From the NCBI GenBank assembly GCA_030390025.1, contig CM059431.1:146446001-146510000 (forward strand): a DNA stretch of 64,000 nt. Direction: 5' to 3'. This DNA comes from Squalus acanthias. Lineage: Eukaryota. The notes under the pieces were generated by a model, which saw only the letters and a list, made by a program, of their open reading frames with translations, did no database searches and was not told the DNA's origin. The position numbers and the translations under genes are program-made. Positions within the stretch are counted from its first letter, which is position 1; every line of letters starts with the position of its first letter. This document shows, piece after piece, positions 1-12,510 of the stretch.

Positions 1-545
1 TAATTATATGCCTCTATTTTGAAACACAAGTAACCCTGATGCTTTTTCAACCACCTTATCAACGTGCCCTGCCACCATTAATTATTTGTGTATGTGAAGA
101 TCAAGGTCTCTCTTCTCATCTACACTTTTCAAAATCGTGCCATTTATAGCACACTGCCTTTCCGTATTAGTCCTCCCAGAGTGCATCACTTCACACTTCT
201 CAGCATTGAAATCTATCTGCCATGATTCTGCCCAATTCACCATCCTGTCTACGTCATCCTCAAATCTATAACTATCCTCATCACTATCTACTACGTTGCG
301 AAGTTTTGTAACATCTGCAAACTGTAGAATGCTGCTCCCTACACCCGAGTCTAGGACTTTTATAAAAATTGAAAAGGGTAATGGATCCAAAACTGACCCT
401 TGGGAACACCACTGCAAAACACCTCCACGTCTAAAAAACATCCATCACCACGTTTTGCTTCCTGTCACTGAGCCAATTCCGGATCCATATAATCACTTTT
501 CCCTTAATTTCGCGGGCTTCCGTCTTCTTAACAAGCCTCCTGTGT
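1..545 (-). mobile_element. CR1 LINE reverse transcriptase fragment, decayed
   Basis: ORF 82..441 has QGSVLDP and FADVTKL (QGSVLGP / FADDTKL) and WQIDFNAEKCEVMH. Confidence 0.85.
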
Positions 546-664
546 GGGTGTGATGTTTATCTATAAAGTTAGTGTTTCTGTGATGTGTGCGATGTGAGCC
601 AGTTTAAAGTTTATTTCTTATGATATGATAATCCTGCATAAATATATATATATATATATGTACG

Positions 665-1265
665 CAAGTAGCGAATGTATGCTGAACATTCATAATGCGC
701 TGCTCAGACCACAACTGGAGTATTGTGTCCAGTTCTGCTCACCACGCTTTAGAAATTAAGCGAAGGCCCTTGAGAGGGTGCAAGGAGATTTACCAGAATG
801 GTTCCGGGGCTAGGGAATCTTAGCTACAAGGACAGGTTGGAGAAGCTGGATTTGTTTTCATTAGAGCAAAGGAGGTTGAGGGATGATTTGATAGAGATGT
901 ACAAGATTATGACGGGTTTGGATAGGTTAGATGGGGAAAGGCTGTTCCCACTAGTTGATGGTACAAGGACTAGGGGACACAGATTCAAGGTTTTGGACAA
1001 GACATACAGGGGAGATGTGAGGAAAATCTTTTTTTACGCTGCGAGTAGTGATGACATGGAATTAGCTGTCAACGGAAGTGGTGGAAGCGGAGACACTCAA
1101 TGTTTTCAAAGGGAGGCTGGATAGGCACTTGAGGGAAATAAACTTGCAGGGCTACGGGGATAGAGCGGGGAAATGGGACTAACTGGATTGCTCTACAGAG
1201 AGCCGGCGCAGACTCAATGTGCCGAATGGCCTCCCTCTGTGTCTTTATGACTCTATGACTCTATG
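665..1265 (+). mobile_element. CR1 LINE 3' end
   Basis: RPQLEYCVQF and LFSLEQRRLRDDLIE ORF2 C-terminus, 3' UTR, tail of 8-bp repeats (tatgactc)n at about 1246-1265. Confidence 0.9.
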
Positions 1266-2725
1266 TGTAGGGGTACCAATAGTACAGGAGGAGCCCGGTC
1301 ACCTCTCCAGTAAGTGTAGGGGTACCACTAGTACAGGAGGAGCCCGGTCACCTCCAGTGTAAGTGTAGGGAACCACTAGTACAGCAGGAGCACGGCTACC
1401 TCCAGTGTAAGTGTAGGGGACAGGACAGGAGAAGCACGGTCACCTCTAGTTTAAGTGTAGTTGTCCCACTAGTACATGAGGAGCCCGGTCACCTCCAGTG
1501 TATGTGTAGGGATACCTCTGGAACAGGAGGGGCAAGGTTACCTCAAGTGTAGGTGTAGGGGAACTACTATTACCGGAGGAGCACGCTCACCTCTAGTGTA
1601 AGTGTAGGGACACCACCAATACAGGAGGAGCCCGGTCACCTCTAGTTAAAGTGTAGTTGTCCCACTAGTACATGAGGAGCCCGGTCACCTCCAGTGTATG
1701 TGTAGGGATACCTCTGGAACAGGAGGGGCACGGTTACCTCTAGTGTAGGTATGGGGAACTACTATTACCGGAGGAGCACGCTCACCTCTAGTGTAAGTGT
1801 AGGGACACCACCAATACAGGAGGAGCCCGGTCACCTCTAGTTAAATTGTAGGGGCACCAATAGTACAGGAGGAGCGCATCACCTCTAGTGTAAGTGTAGG
1901 GGTCCCACTAGTACTGGAGGAGAGGGTCACCTCTAGTTTAATTGTAGGGCTCCCAAGAGTAGAGGAGGAGCACGGTCACCTCTAGTTTAAGTGTAGGGAC
2001 CACTAGTACAGGAGGAGCCCGGTCACCGCTAGTGTAAGTGTTTTGGTACCACTAGCACAGGGCGAGTCCGGTTACCTCTAGCGTAAGTCTAGGGGTACCA
2101 CCAGTACAGGAGGAGCCCGATCAAATCTAGTGCAATGTAGGGGTACCACTAGTGTAGGAGGTGCCCAGTTACCTCTAGTTTAAGTGTAGCAGTACACTAG
2201 TGTAGGAGGAGCCCGGTCACTTCTAGTGTAGGAGGAGCACGGTCACCACTATTGTAAGTGTAGGGGTACCACTGGTACAGGAGGAACACGGTCAACTCTA
2301 GTGTAAGTGTAGGGTTCCCACTCGTACCAAAGGAGCACGGTCACCTCTAGTGTAAGTGTAGGGGTCCCATAAGTACAGGAGGAGCCCGGTCACATCTACT
2401 GCCAGTAGAGGAATACAACAAGTACTGGAGCAGCACAGTCAATAGCAGTGTTAGTGTAATGCTACCACTATAGCTATAGGAGCGCGTTCATATGTAGGCA
2501 TTCTACTAGTACCCGAGGAACACGGACACATCCAGTGAAAGTGTAGGATACTACTAGTATGGGAGGAGCACTGTACCCTCTGCTCATCCGCAGTATTGCA
2601 GGATTTGTTTCACTGCCTATTCTGGAGGAGTTGGTGCACTTGGAGTGAATGATGGGCAGGGTCATGACGATTAGTGCAAGGAGAGCTGCCTTTAGCAGGC
2701 CTGTAGGACTAGTTTTATGCACCAG
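1264..2725. repeat. 49-bp satellite array, degenerating to the right, with one 196-bp (4-mer) higher-order duplication
   Basis: Unit gtgtaagtgtaggggtaccacta-gtacaggaggagcccggtcacctcta; the variant block near 1454 recurs near 1650. Confidence 0.9.
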
Positions 2726-3000
2726 TACTGGGAGATTTCACTTTACACTTGTAAACAGTTTTTTAATTGTGTATTTTTTTAACTGTTCAATGATAATTTC
2801 ACATATTCCTCTTAATCTGACGTATCAGACAAGCGAAACAATTTACCTGAGTCTATTTGTTAAATGACTGTAACTAATGCTAATTATGAGCTAACCTGAT
2901 TGACTCGCTGGAGGATTGAAGTGTGGATAAATATAGGTTCCCTTACATGTTCCAGTCAGAGTCTTTCATCTGCGACAGAATTCATCCATTCTCACAGGAA

Positions 3001-4425
3001 ATGGGGCGACCAACTATTCTTCTGACAAAAGAGATTTACTACGCGATTCTCGCAACTGTCGGGGTCCCCGGTGTGCCATTGTAACCTGATTGTTGTTAAT
3101 CGGTGTTAACTGTCTCCCTGTTCATACAGCATGTTGGATAATGTAACGTGTATTGTCGGTGGCAGCGTTACAGTCGGTAGTGACTGGAACCAACTATTGA
3201 ACCGCGTGTCCACACTTTCTAGGTTCCCTTATTCCGCTAACTTTAATGATGTCACAATGTTCTATGAAGGTCCAACACATGGATTTTAGCGGATTTCCGG
3301 ACCGTCTTGTCCCCTCGTGCAGAGTGAGCGCTGCAGCAGCCCATTAAAATGTATGGGTGGGTTTCCCAGGTAATGGCTCCAATACTAATCCTGTTCTCAC
3401 ACTGCTCCGTGTGGATAATCAAACTGAATGGAGTAAAATGCTCTCCACAGGGATCTCCGTATATATTTCAATCAGACACTGGGACATTATTTCTCTCCTC
3501 TCTCTTTCTTACAGCGAACTTGGTGACAATTGTGATTCTTTACCGAGTAAACTGCGGCCTTTCCAAATGTATCTCTGTCTACATGGTGGCCATGGCAACA
3601 GCAGATCTACTGGTCCTGATCTTCAATGTAATGGTGTATTATATTTTCAGTTATCACTTTCCCTTTTCATTCCTGTCCCACACTCCCGTGTGTAGGTTCA
3701 ATATATACATGACTGGTGTCACCCTCGATTTGTCTGTTTGGTTCACTGTCGCCTTCACATTTGACCGATTTATTGTTATCTGCTGCCAGAAGTTTAAAAC
3801 ACAATATTGCACCGAGAGAACCGCGGTCGCGGTTGTAACAATGTTCTCGGTCCTGATCTTATTAAAGGACATCCCCATTTTGTTTGCATTTGAACCTCAG
3901 CAAATAATTAACAAGGTGCAGTGGGGCTGCCGATCAAGTGCGGCTTTTTTCTCCTCACCTCTTTGGGCAGCGCAGCTCTGGTTTCACAGCGCCTCGGTCG
4001 TTTGGCTTCCTTTTACTTTAATTGCCTTGTTTAATTCTTTGACAGTCAGACGTATTTTAGTGGCCAGCAGAGCCCGGACGGGACTCCGGGCTCACAGGAT
4101 TGAGAAACAGAGTGATCAAGAGATGGAGAACCGAAGGAAGTCCATCATTTTACTCTTCGCTATATCGGGCAGTTTTATATTGTTGTGGCTGACAACTGCC
4201 GTGACTTTGGTAACTACCAGACTGACAAACACCACTAACTACCGAGGCGACCGCACAGACCCTGGATATATCGCCACTGAAACCGCAGCTCTGCTCAGGT
4301 ATTTGACTTCCTGTCTAAACCCGTGTATTTATGCAGCGACCTAGAGTAAATTCAGAGAAGAGCTGAAGAAGGTGCTGAAATCTCCTTGGGCACTCATTCA
4401 GAGATTAGTTAGAAAACGATATTAA
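3001..4425 (+). pseudogene. GPR139/GPR142-like class A GPCR; exon 1 3001-3070, intron 3071-3514, exon 2 3515-4425; premature TAG at 4342-4344
   Basis: Exon 1 MGRPTILLTKEIYYAILATVGVP joins in phase 1 (G|GT ... pyrimidine tract ACAG|CG) to ANLVTIVIL; YMVAMATADLL, TFDRF, LPF..FN, NPCIY motifs; frame continues past the TAG as SKFREELKKVLKSPW to TAA at 4423-4425. The ORF-track start at 3349 is intronic. Confidence 0.85.
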
Positions 4426-5429
4426 AAAGAATCGTCAAAAGAAAGCTTCTTCGTAACTGAAGCTCAATTTCAACTAAGTTTCCACCGTAGAATGTCCTTC
4501 TTTCCGGTAATGTGAAAAATGAATGAGTTCTTGTGTGAAAATTTCATCCATTTTTTAGCATAAATTTGATTTCTGCATTGCTTTTGTTTTTAACGCTTAT
4601 TTCACTGAGCAAACATAACCTATTCCTGCAAATTCAGCAAATTTCAAGTTCAGGGATCAAAGATAACAATGATGGGATTCAGCAGTGGTACATGTGGGCA
4701 ACAGAGGAATCCGCCTTACACTGCAAGTACTGGGATCGGGCGCGCCACTTTACAATCATCAATAAAGTTTCATTCTGTGCCGAAACAATCAAAGGTCTTG
4801 CGATCGCCGATATTGGTAACTTTCCTGGAAGTTTGGTGTGAATATTGCAGGCGTGGATCTCTCTATCGGACTCCATTCCTCATTGACAAACGGACTCGGA
4901 TCTTGTCCCGTGATCAGTGTTCGAATGGAGGAAATAGTTGGAACTCAGCTCATCGATGTGACCTTTCACCTCTTCTGTCCCAGATACTGATTTAAAATCT
5001 CTATTGTGCAATGACTGGTGTCTCTCACTCAGCACAAAGATGGAGTCTGCTCTTGGTTTGAGCTGCGGATAAAAGTATCATGAGTAATATTATTGATATT
5101 CCGTCTCAATCAGCCTCCCAAACAAAATGGTAAAGGAATGTAAAATGAATGATTTTTCATAAAATTAATATTTATTACATTAGTTGCAACTTACCTGTAA
5201 AAATAAAGCTCCTAGAAATTCAGAAGAAATAAAACTGATATTAAGTATGCTGTGTTTGTCTGAACATTTGCAGACGGTCAGAAAGAATCTTTGGTCATTA
5301 TCGTCTTATTATGCGGTTACAATTTGTCCCAAATAATAATTGAAAACTACCAGCAACTTTGAATCAGTTACAAATTGTTCATCGGTGATCTCGCCTGATT
5401 GAGCGAGGAACGACAAGGAATGGGAGCAG

Positions 5430-6150
5430 AGTCTCAATGGGAAGGAGCTGAAGGGTGTGTTTGGACAGCAAGCGATAGGGATCCAAATACTCAATTCAGA
5501 GGAAGTGCGTTTGCAGGTGGATAAGTCCATGATAAAGCCAAAAGAAATGTGTGTTTTGTAGACATAGACATAGATCATTAGAATAAACAAGTGATGATGA
5601 ATCTTTACAACATGCTGGTGAGGCTACCGTTATAACATCAGGTACAGCTTCTGTCCTTCATTGTGGAAAGGCCATTAAATCCACTGAGAGCGGGCAGTGT
5701 AGATACACCAGGATGGTGCCATGGATCAGAACTATACTGATGATGAGGGAGAAGATATTGGGACTATTTGCACTGGAGCAGCGAAAGATAAGAGGAAATT
5801 TAATAGAAGTTTTTATAATAATGAAGTGCTTTGGCAGAGTGAAGTGTGAGGGATCATTCTATCGAGTTGCTAAGCAAGCAATAAAGGGTGATCGAACTAA
5901 AATGGTCACAAAGGGAATAAGCAGAGAGGTGAGCAGAAACTTCTTCATGCAAAAGGTTGCTGGAGCATGGAATGTTTTGCGTCATGGAATAGTTAAGGGA
6001 AAGTTAGATTAATATTGGAGCAGTGGAATTAAATGTCTGTGGAGAGAGGAGGACAGTGTGGATAGTTTTCGTTTGCTTTATCAAATAACCCAGTACAGAT
6101 AGAATGGGTCACATGACCTATTCCCACCCAGTAAATGTCTATGGTTTTAT
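5430..6150 (+). mobile_element. Old CR1 LINE 3' fragment
   Basis: LGLFALEQRKIRGNLIEVF and RNFFMQKVAGAWN in ORF 5713..6012. Confidence 0.75.
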
Positions 6151-6234
6151 AATGTTACCTATGTTGGTATCATTTTCATTTTTTGTTTCTAAGATACCCT
6201 CATCCCCGTTGTGATTCTATTAAACAAAACATTA

Positions 6235-6900
6235 AAAATAAACTGGCACCAAGGAAGATCCCAGAGGTTCAATAGACACCTGTCCCTTACAGGTTCCCAT
6301 TTGTCGATAACCTACTTTCATTTTGTAATGAGCTGTCTGTGCAGAGCCAGATCTCCCACCCATCCCATAATTCCTCACCATTTGTAGATGTGGAACCTTG
6401 TCCGCTGATTCGCTAAAATCAGACTGGGTCATTCTAACTGCATTTCCCCTGCCCTACAGGCCAGTGATGTGTTTCAGAAACTCCAGCAGGTTAGTTAAAG
6501 ATGACACATCGTCCCTCAAACCAATATAATTCCCTTTTACATTGCTGCTCTCCCAGGTGCTCACCCACTGGATCTCTCCTGGCCTTATTTTAAACACTGG
6601 GATTATTTCAGACACTGTAGAATCCTCAGGAATCTTCTCTAATTGAAGAAATTTGCAACACTGTCAGTGAACCATCACACCTGTCAGTCCCCATTCCTTT
6701 ATCTCACGGTGTCTGGGTCCCTGGATTCCAGCAGCCCATTTAATGTGATTGAACTTTGTTGAAAGCCACTGTTGCAAGCACTGCTTCAATGATTCCGTTG
6801 TATTCTACTCCGAATATTTACCAAACGGCCTTTGCTAGTTCGTACTATATACCTGCTAGATTCGTTGGACAATTAAAAAGCTTTTTCTGAATCCGTAATG
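6235..6900 (-). mobile_element. Old CR1-type LINE RT fragment
   Basis: DFSESADKVPH resembles DFxKAFDKVPH; highly degenerate. Confidence 0.55.
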
Positions 6901-7147
6901 CTGCTCCCGATTAATGACTTGGACCCACGGTGCCTCCTATTATCTTTTAAATGGATGAATATATTTTAATTCCACACCCACTCGCTCTTCCTCAACTACT
7001 TTCCGCTTGTCTACTCCAGCGCTGGGATCTCCCAGACCTGCCCCACGGCCGGAGTCTCACACGCACAGCGGGCGAATTATCAGAAAATTATTGAAGCGCT
7101 TCCTCAGCTTTCATTTCATTAACATTAATGAGCGGACAACGCAAGCT

Positions 7148-7900
7148 GCATAGAATCATAGAATCAGAAAGCACATAACAAGGTCATGCGGCTTATCGTG
7201 CCTCACCGGCTCTTGAACTAGTTATCCAATTAGTCCAACTCCCCTGCTCTTTCCCCACAGCCGACCAACCCTTTCCTTTTCAGGTATATATCCAGTTCCC
7301 TTTGGAAAGTAAACATTTTTATAAAAATATCAGCAGTGGCTCTGTGATAGCACACTCGCCCCTGAATCAGATGGTAGTGGGTTAAAGTCCCGCTCCAGAG
7401 ACTTGAACACAAAATTATGCTGACACTTCAATGCAGTCCTGAGTGTGTGCTGCACTGTCGGAGGTGCCGTCTTTCGGATGTGACATTAAACCGAGATCCC
7501 GTCTGCCTTCTCAGCAAGACATAAAAGATCCCACAGCACTATTTCGGAGAAGAGCAGGGGAGGTGTCCACAGTGTCCTGGAAAATATTCATTCCTCAACC
7601 AACAACACTGAAACAGATTAAGTGCTCTTTATCTCATTGATATTTCTGAGACGTTGCTGGGCACAATTAGCTGCCTCGCTTCCAACATTACAAGCGTGTC
7701 CACACCTCAAACATACTTAATTCGCTGTAAAGCGCTTTGTGACGTCCTGAGGTGGTGAAAGGTGCTGTATACAGGCAAGTCTGCCTTTTGTTATTATTGA
7801 ATCAGCTTCCATGACCCCTTCAGACAATGCATTCCAGATCATAACAGTTCGATATTTAATTTAAAAAATCTCATCACCTCCTCTCTGGACCATTTGCTAA
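7148..7900 (-). mobile_element. CR1 3' end interrupted by a SINE
   Basis: (catagaat)n tail at about 7150; the UTR/ORF2 end resumes at about 7790 after the SINE. Confidence 0.65.
7331..7790 (+). mobile_element. tRNA-headed DeuSINE (SacSINE1-like)
   Basis: A/B-box-like head (gtggctctgtgatagc ... gggttaaagtccc), Deu-domain-like core ggaggtgccgtctttcggatg...taaaagatccca, L2-type tail aaagcgctttgtgacgtcctgaggtggtgaaaggtgct; family recognised from memory. Confidence 0.75.
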
Positions 7901-7904
7901 TTAC

Positions 7905-8860
7905 TTACTATTGATTATCAAGACGTGAATAAGTACACAACCTCGGCAGCCCTCACCTGATACCCTCATGTGTACCTCGGCGAGCTGTATGTTCAGTTTT
8001 TGAAATATCGAATGATTTTTGGTCAGTGCCCCTAATCCCTGAATGCCAATAGACATTTGCATTTACATTCCGTGAACAACACTTATACTTCGAACTGTTG
8101 ACCTCAGGGTTTCCACAACTCACCTGGTCTATTCCATCAGTTACTGAGCAAGGTGTTACAAAGGTTATGCCGACCGGAGGCCCTGGTCGACTTGATAGAG
8201 GATATATTGCTCCATACGGAAACTACTGAAGGGCATTGCACCTTGCTCAGAGAATGCTTGGTTCTATTATGGGATAGCGGGATAAAAGTAAACCCAAAGA
8301 ATGCTGGGTTAGTACAGCCCACAGAGCAGTATCTAGGAGTGATTGTAGAATGTGGCGTACATAAGTTCAGTGAAGATAAAATTAAGGCCATATGTCAAAT
8401 CCGATTCCCAGTTAAAATCGCCCCCTGGGCCAATGTTAATGGTGAGGCAGAGCAGCTAGCCCAGGAGTTTGAGAGTGCCCCAAAACTGTGAGGTCCACCA
8501 CGTAAGACTTTCAGGGCTAGGTAAATAAAGTTTGAAGTGAAACATTTCCCTTTAGTCCTTGCAAGGGTGCAGGGTGAGGTCCCTTTGGTTAAAAAAGTTC
8601 AGGCAGTCATATAAGATGAGCGTTCGTGGCCCAAAGATGACTTGAACAGAAATGACAATTTTACAGCACAGGATAACTTGTAATTTAATCAGGGAAAATG
8701 GGTAGTCCCGCAGTCACCCCGTAATGAGCTCATCCATTGGGCCCACAACTCTATTGGGCACCACAGGGTGACAGCTAGTTCAAAGGCTACTGCAGCCGAT
8801 GTGGTGGCCTTGTATGGATCAAACGCTGAATGCCATTATTAATGACTGTTTTGTGAGTAG
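7905..8860 (+). mobile_element. Decayed retrovirus-like / LTR retroelement pol fragment (RT plus integrase zinc-binding region)
   Basis: Across frameshifts: TIDYQDVNKYT, EISNDFWSVPL, FAFTF, PQGFHNSPGLFH, LIEDILL (YxDD position), GIKVNPK, QYLG; then WVVP..RNELIHWAHNSIGH and WWPCM...DCF. Confidence 0.8.
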
Positions 8861-9320
8861 AAGCGTTTCCTAATTGCACTCCTGAAAAGCCTGGCTCTAA
8901 TTTTCAGATTATGCTCCCCAGTTCTAGAATCCCCAGCCTGCGGAAATAGCTTCTCTCTATCTACCTTATCTGTTCCTATTCATATCTTGAAAACGTCAAT
9001 CAAATCACTCCTCAACCTTCTAAATTCTAGGCAATACAATGCTAATTTGTGTAATATTTCATCATAATTGAAACCTTTGTATCTGGGTATCATTTTGGTA
9101 AAGCTTCGTTGCACTCCCTGTAAGGCCAACATATCCTTCTTAAGGTTTGGTGCCCAGAACTGCTCACAGTACTCCAGGTGAGGTCTCAACAGCGCTTCGT
9201 ATAGCTGCAGCATAACTTCTACCCCTCGTATTCTTGACCTCTAGATATAAATGCCAGTATGCTATTGGCCTTTTTGTTTATTTTCTTTGCATGTGCATGA
9301 TATTTGAATGATCTATCTGA
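8860..9320 (-). mobile_element. CR1 ORF2 C-terminal fragment
   Basis: LYEALLRPHLEYCEQFWAP...LEFRRLRSDLI in ORF 8980..9213. Confidence 0.85.
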
Positions 9321-9378
9321 GAGTGTAATGATGCAGGGCAACCAGTGAAGGTCCTTTAGTGACGCTGGTTCTACAGGA

Positions 9379-9451
9379 GCCCGGATAGCTCAATTGGTAG
9401 AATATCAGACCTTTAATCTGACAGTCCAGGGTACAAGTCCTCATCCCTCAC
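9379..9451 (+). pseudogene. tRNA-Lys(TTT) pseudogene
   Basis: GCCCGGATAGCTCAATTGGTAGA...TCAGA CC TTT AA TCTGA...CCAGGGTACAAGTCC; T-loop mutated and 3' acceptor strand lost. Confidence 0.8.
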
Positions 9452-9494
9452 ATTCATGCAGTAACGTAAAACTCTGATTATTTAATGATGGCAA

Positions 9495-10145
9495 CAGGAG
9501 TACACCATTTAGGCCTTCGATTCTGTTCTGCCATTCAATGAGATCTGTGACAAAACTCCCTTTGCACCAGATTCCTTAATACCTGTGGTTAATATCAATC
9601 AATCAAAGTTTAACAATTGACCCAACATTAGCTGCTGTTTGTGGAAGTGAGATTCAAATTTCTACTACCCATTCCATGGAGAAGTCTTTCCTAATTTCAC
9701 TCCTGCAAAGGCTTGGACCTAATCTTTAGGCTGTGTCCCCTAGTCCTAGACTCACCAATTATCGGAAATAGCTTTTCTCTATCTACCCTATCAGTTCCCC
9801 TTAATATCGTGAATACTTCAATCATATCACCCCTTAAGCTTCTAAATTCCAGTGATTACAACCCTAGTTTTTTGCAATCTCCCTTTGTAATTGAACCCTT
9901 AGACTCTATGTAATATTCTGGTAAATCTACGCTTCACTCTTTAATCCTAATACTACCTTCCGAAGGTGTAATGCCCATAAGTGAACACAATATTCCAGGT
10001 GTGGTCTATCCAGGGCTTTGTATAGCTGTAGCTTAATTTCTCCCCCTTATACTGTAATCCTATAGATATAAATACCACCATTCAATTAGCCTTTTTGATT
10101 ATTTTATCTACCTGTCCATGACAATTTAATGATAAATGTGCAAGG
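9495..10145 (-). mobile_element. CR1 3' fragment
   Basis: Reverse complement matches the CR1 ORF2 end and 3' UTR seen elsewhere in the window. Confidence 0.75.
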
Positions 10146-10156
10146 CTATTTACGTG

Positions 10157-10221
10157 GGCGTGGTGGACAAACGGTAAGTCTTGTAAACCGAAGAGAGCGG
10201 GTTCGATCCCCGTCCGTGACT
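10157..10221 (+). pseudogene. tRNA-Thr(CGT)-family pseudogene with a 7-nt deletion; anticodon now TGT
   Basis: GGCGTGGTGGACAAACGGTAAG[GCGTCGG missing]TCTTGTAAACCGAAGAGAGCGGGTTCGATCCCCGTCCGTGACT versus vertebrate tRNA-Thr(CGT). Confidence 0.8.
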
Positions 10222-10284
10222 CGGCTAGTTTTGCATATTTCAGGCGATGTTTTCCGAATGAAACGTCCATTGTCTAGTCGCTTG

Positions 10285-11125
10285 ATGTCTACAGGACATA
10301 GAAAGGCTAGCAGACAAGTGGCAGATGGAATTTAATACAGAGATGTGTGAGATGATGCGTTTTTGCAGATGGAACCGGGAGAGGCAATAAACACTTAATA
10401 GCACATTTTTAAAGATTGTGCAGGGAAAGAGGGACCTGGGAGTTAATGTGCATAGGTCCCTGAAGGTTGCAGGACAAATTGAGAGAGTGGTAAACAAAGC
10501 ATATGGGATCTTGTGCTTCATAAATAGAGGTATTGATACAAATGTAGAGAAGTTATGCTGAACGTTCATAAAGCGCTTGTGAGGCCACAACCGGAGTATT
10601 GCGTCCAGTTCTGCGCACCACACTTTAGAAAGGATGTGAAGGCCCCTGAGAGGGTGCAGAGGAGGTTTACCAGAATGGTTCCGGGGATGGGGATTCTTAG
10701 CTACAAGGACAGGTTGTAGAAGCTGGATTTGTTTTCATTAGAGCAAAGGAGGTTGAGGGGTGATTTGATAGAGGTGTATAAGATTATGACGGGTATGGAT
10801 AGGATAGACGGGGAAATGCTGTTCCCACTAGTTGATGGCTCAAGGACTAGGGAACAGTGATTTCTGGATTTGGGCAAGCGATACAGGGGGGATATGAAGG
10901 GAAAGAAATGTATGCAGTGAGTGGTGAAGACCTGGACTTCGCTGCCGACGGAAGTGGTGGAAGCGGAGACACTCAATGTTTTCAATGGGAGACTGGATAG
11001 GCACTTGAGGGAAATAAACTTGCAGGGCTACGGGGATAGAGCCGGGAAATGGGACTGACTGGATCGCTCTACAAAGAGCCAGCACGGACTCGATGGGTCG
11101 AATAGCCTCCTTCTGAGCTGTTTTG
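10285..11125 (+). mobile_element. CR1 3' fragment, same subfamily as 665-1265
   Basis: Near-identical stretches to 700-1240, e.g. tcttagctacaaggacaggttg and gaaataaacttgcagggctacggggatagagc. Confidence 0.9.
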
Positions 11126-11129
11126 GCTC

Positions 11130-11750
11130 TGGCATAGCATAATTTATCCCCCTTTTATTGTACTCCTATGGATATAAAGACCAGCATTCAATTAGCCTTT
11201 TTGATAATTTCTGCACTTGTTCATGACAATTTAATGATAAATGTACATGGACCCTTAAGTATCTTTGGACATCCACTGGTTCCAGGTTTACTTCGTTTAG
11301 AATGTATTCTGATCTCTCTTTATCTACGTTTCACTCTTTAAGGCTAATACTTCCTTCCTAATGTGTGGTGCCCGGAACTGAATACAGTCTAATCAGCGCT
11401 TTGTATAGCTGTAGCATAACTTTCCCCCTGATACTGTAGTTCTCTAGATATAAATATCAGCATTGCATTAACCTTTTTTTTCTTATTTTCTGTACCTGTC
11501 CATGATATTTAATGATATATGTACATGGAAACTTAAGTCTCTTTGGACCTCCACTGTTTCTAGCCTCTCACTATTTATCACTCTGAACTATCTTATTTGG
11601 GTCCAAAGTCGATAATCTCATACTTGCCTAGATTAAAAATCATTTGCCAAAGTTTTGTCCAGCCAGTTAATCTATTAATATCTCTAGATAATTTCATGCT
11701 TCCTTCTACATCTACATATACATCTATATCGGCAAACTTGGATATCTGGT
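11130..11750 (-). mobile_element. CR1 fragments (two overlapping pieces)
   Basis: Repeats of the agatataaa..ccagcatt / tttaatgata segments also seen at 9240-9310 and 10060-10140. Confidence 0.65.
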
Positions 11751-11754
11751 TTGG

Positions 11755-12510
11755 ATATGCGGCTTGTTAAGAAGATGGGAACCCATGGCATGAAGTGGAA
11801 AGTGGCGGATGGCTACAAAATATGCTCAGTGATAGGAAGCCAATGGTGGTCGTGGACGGATGTTTTTTCAGACTGGGAGGTAGTTTGCCGTGCTGTTCAC
11901 CAAGAGTCATTTTGGGTCCATTACACTTTTCATTTTTTATAAACAACATAGGCAGCAGCAGCATTACACACTTAGCAGATGATACGAATCTTGGAAAAGA
12001 AGTTGATAGTGATGAGGGTACTTACAGGCTTCAGGCTGACAGAGCAAGAATGGTGAAATGGGAAGAAGAGCAGATGGAGCTCAATGCGGTGAAGTGTGAA
12101 GTGATGCACTTTAGGAGGATAAAATGGAAAGACAGTGTACTGTAAATGGTACAATATTGAAAAGTTTAAATGTGCAGAGGAACCTTGGTGTCTATACACA
12201 CAAATCCTTAAATGTGGCAGGACAAGTTGAAAAGTTGGTTAAAATTACATGATTTAATTGGGTTTATAAATAATGGAATATAATATAAAAACAAAGCGAT
12301 CATGCGATAATTTTATAAATCACTGGTATATCCTCAGCTGTAGTATTGTTGACAATTCTGAGCACCACACTTCAGGAAAGATGTAAAGGACTTATAAGGT
12401 GAACAGAGGAAGTTTACCAGGATGTTACCAGGGATGAGGAACTTCAGTTATGAGGAGAGGTTGGAAAAGTTAGGACTTTTCTCCTTGGAACAGAGAATGT
12501 TAAGAGGAGC
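11755..12510 (+). mobile_element. CR1 RT/C-terminal fragment, continuing briefly after 13500
   Basis: LADDTNLG, KCEVMHF and LGLFSLEQRMLRG. Confidence 0.8.

Noticed and set aside
3349..3514. N-terminus of the 331-aa ORF (MYGWVSQ...)
   Set aside because: Intron sequence that happens to be in frame; the TM1 start is encoded by exon 3001-3070
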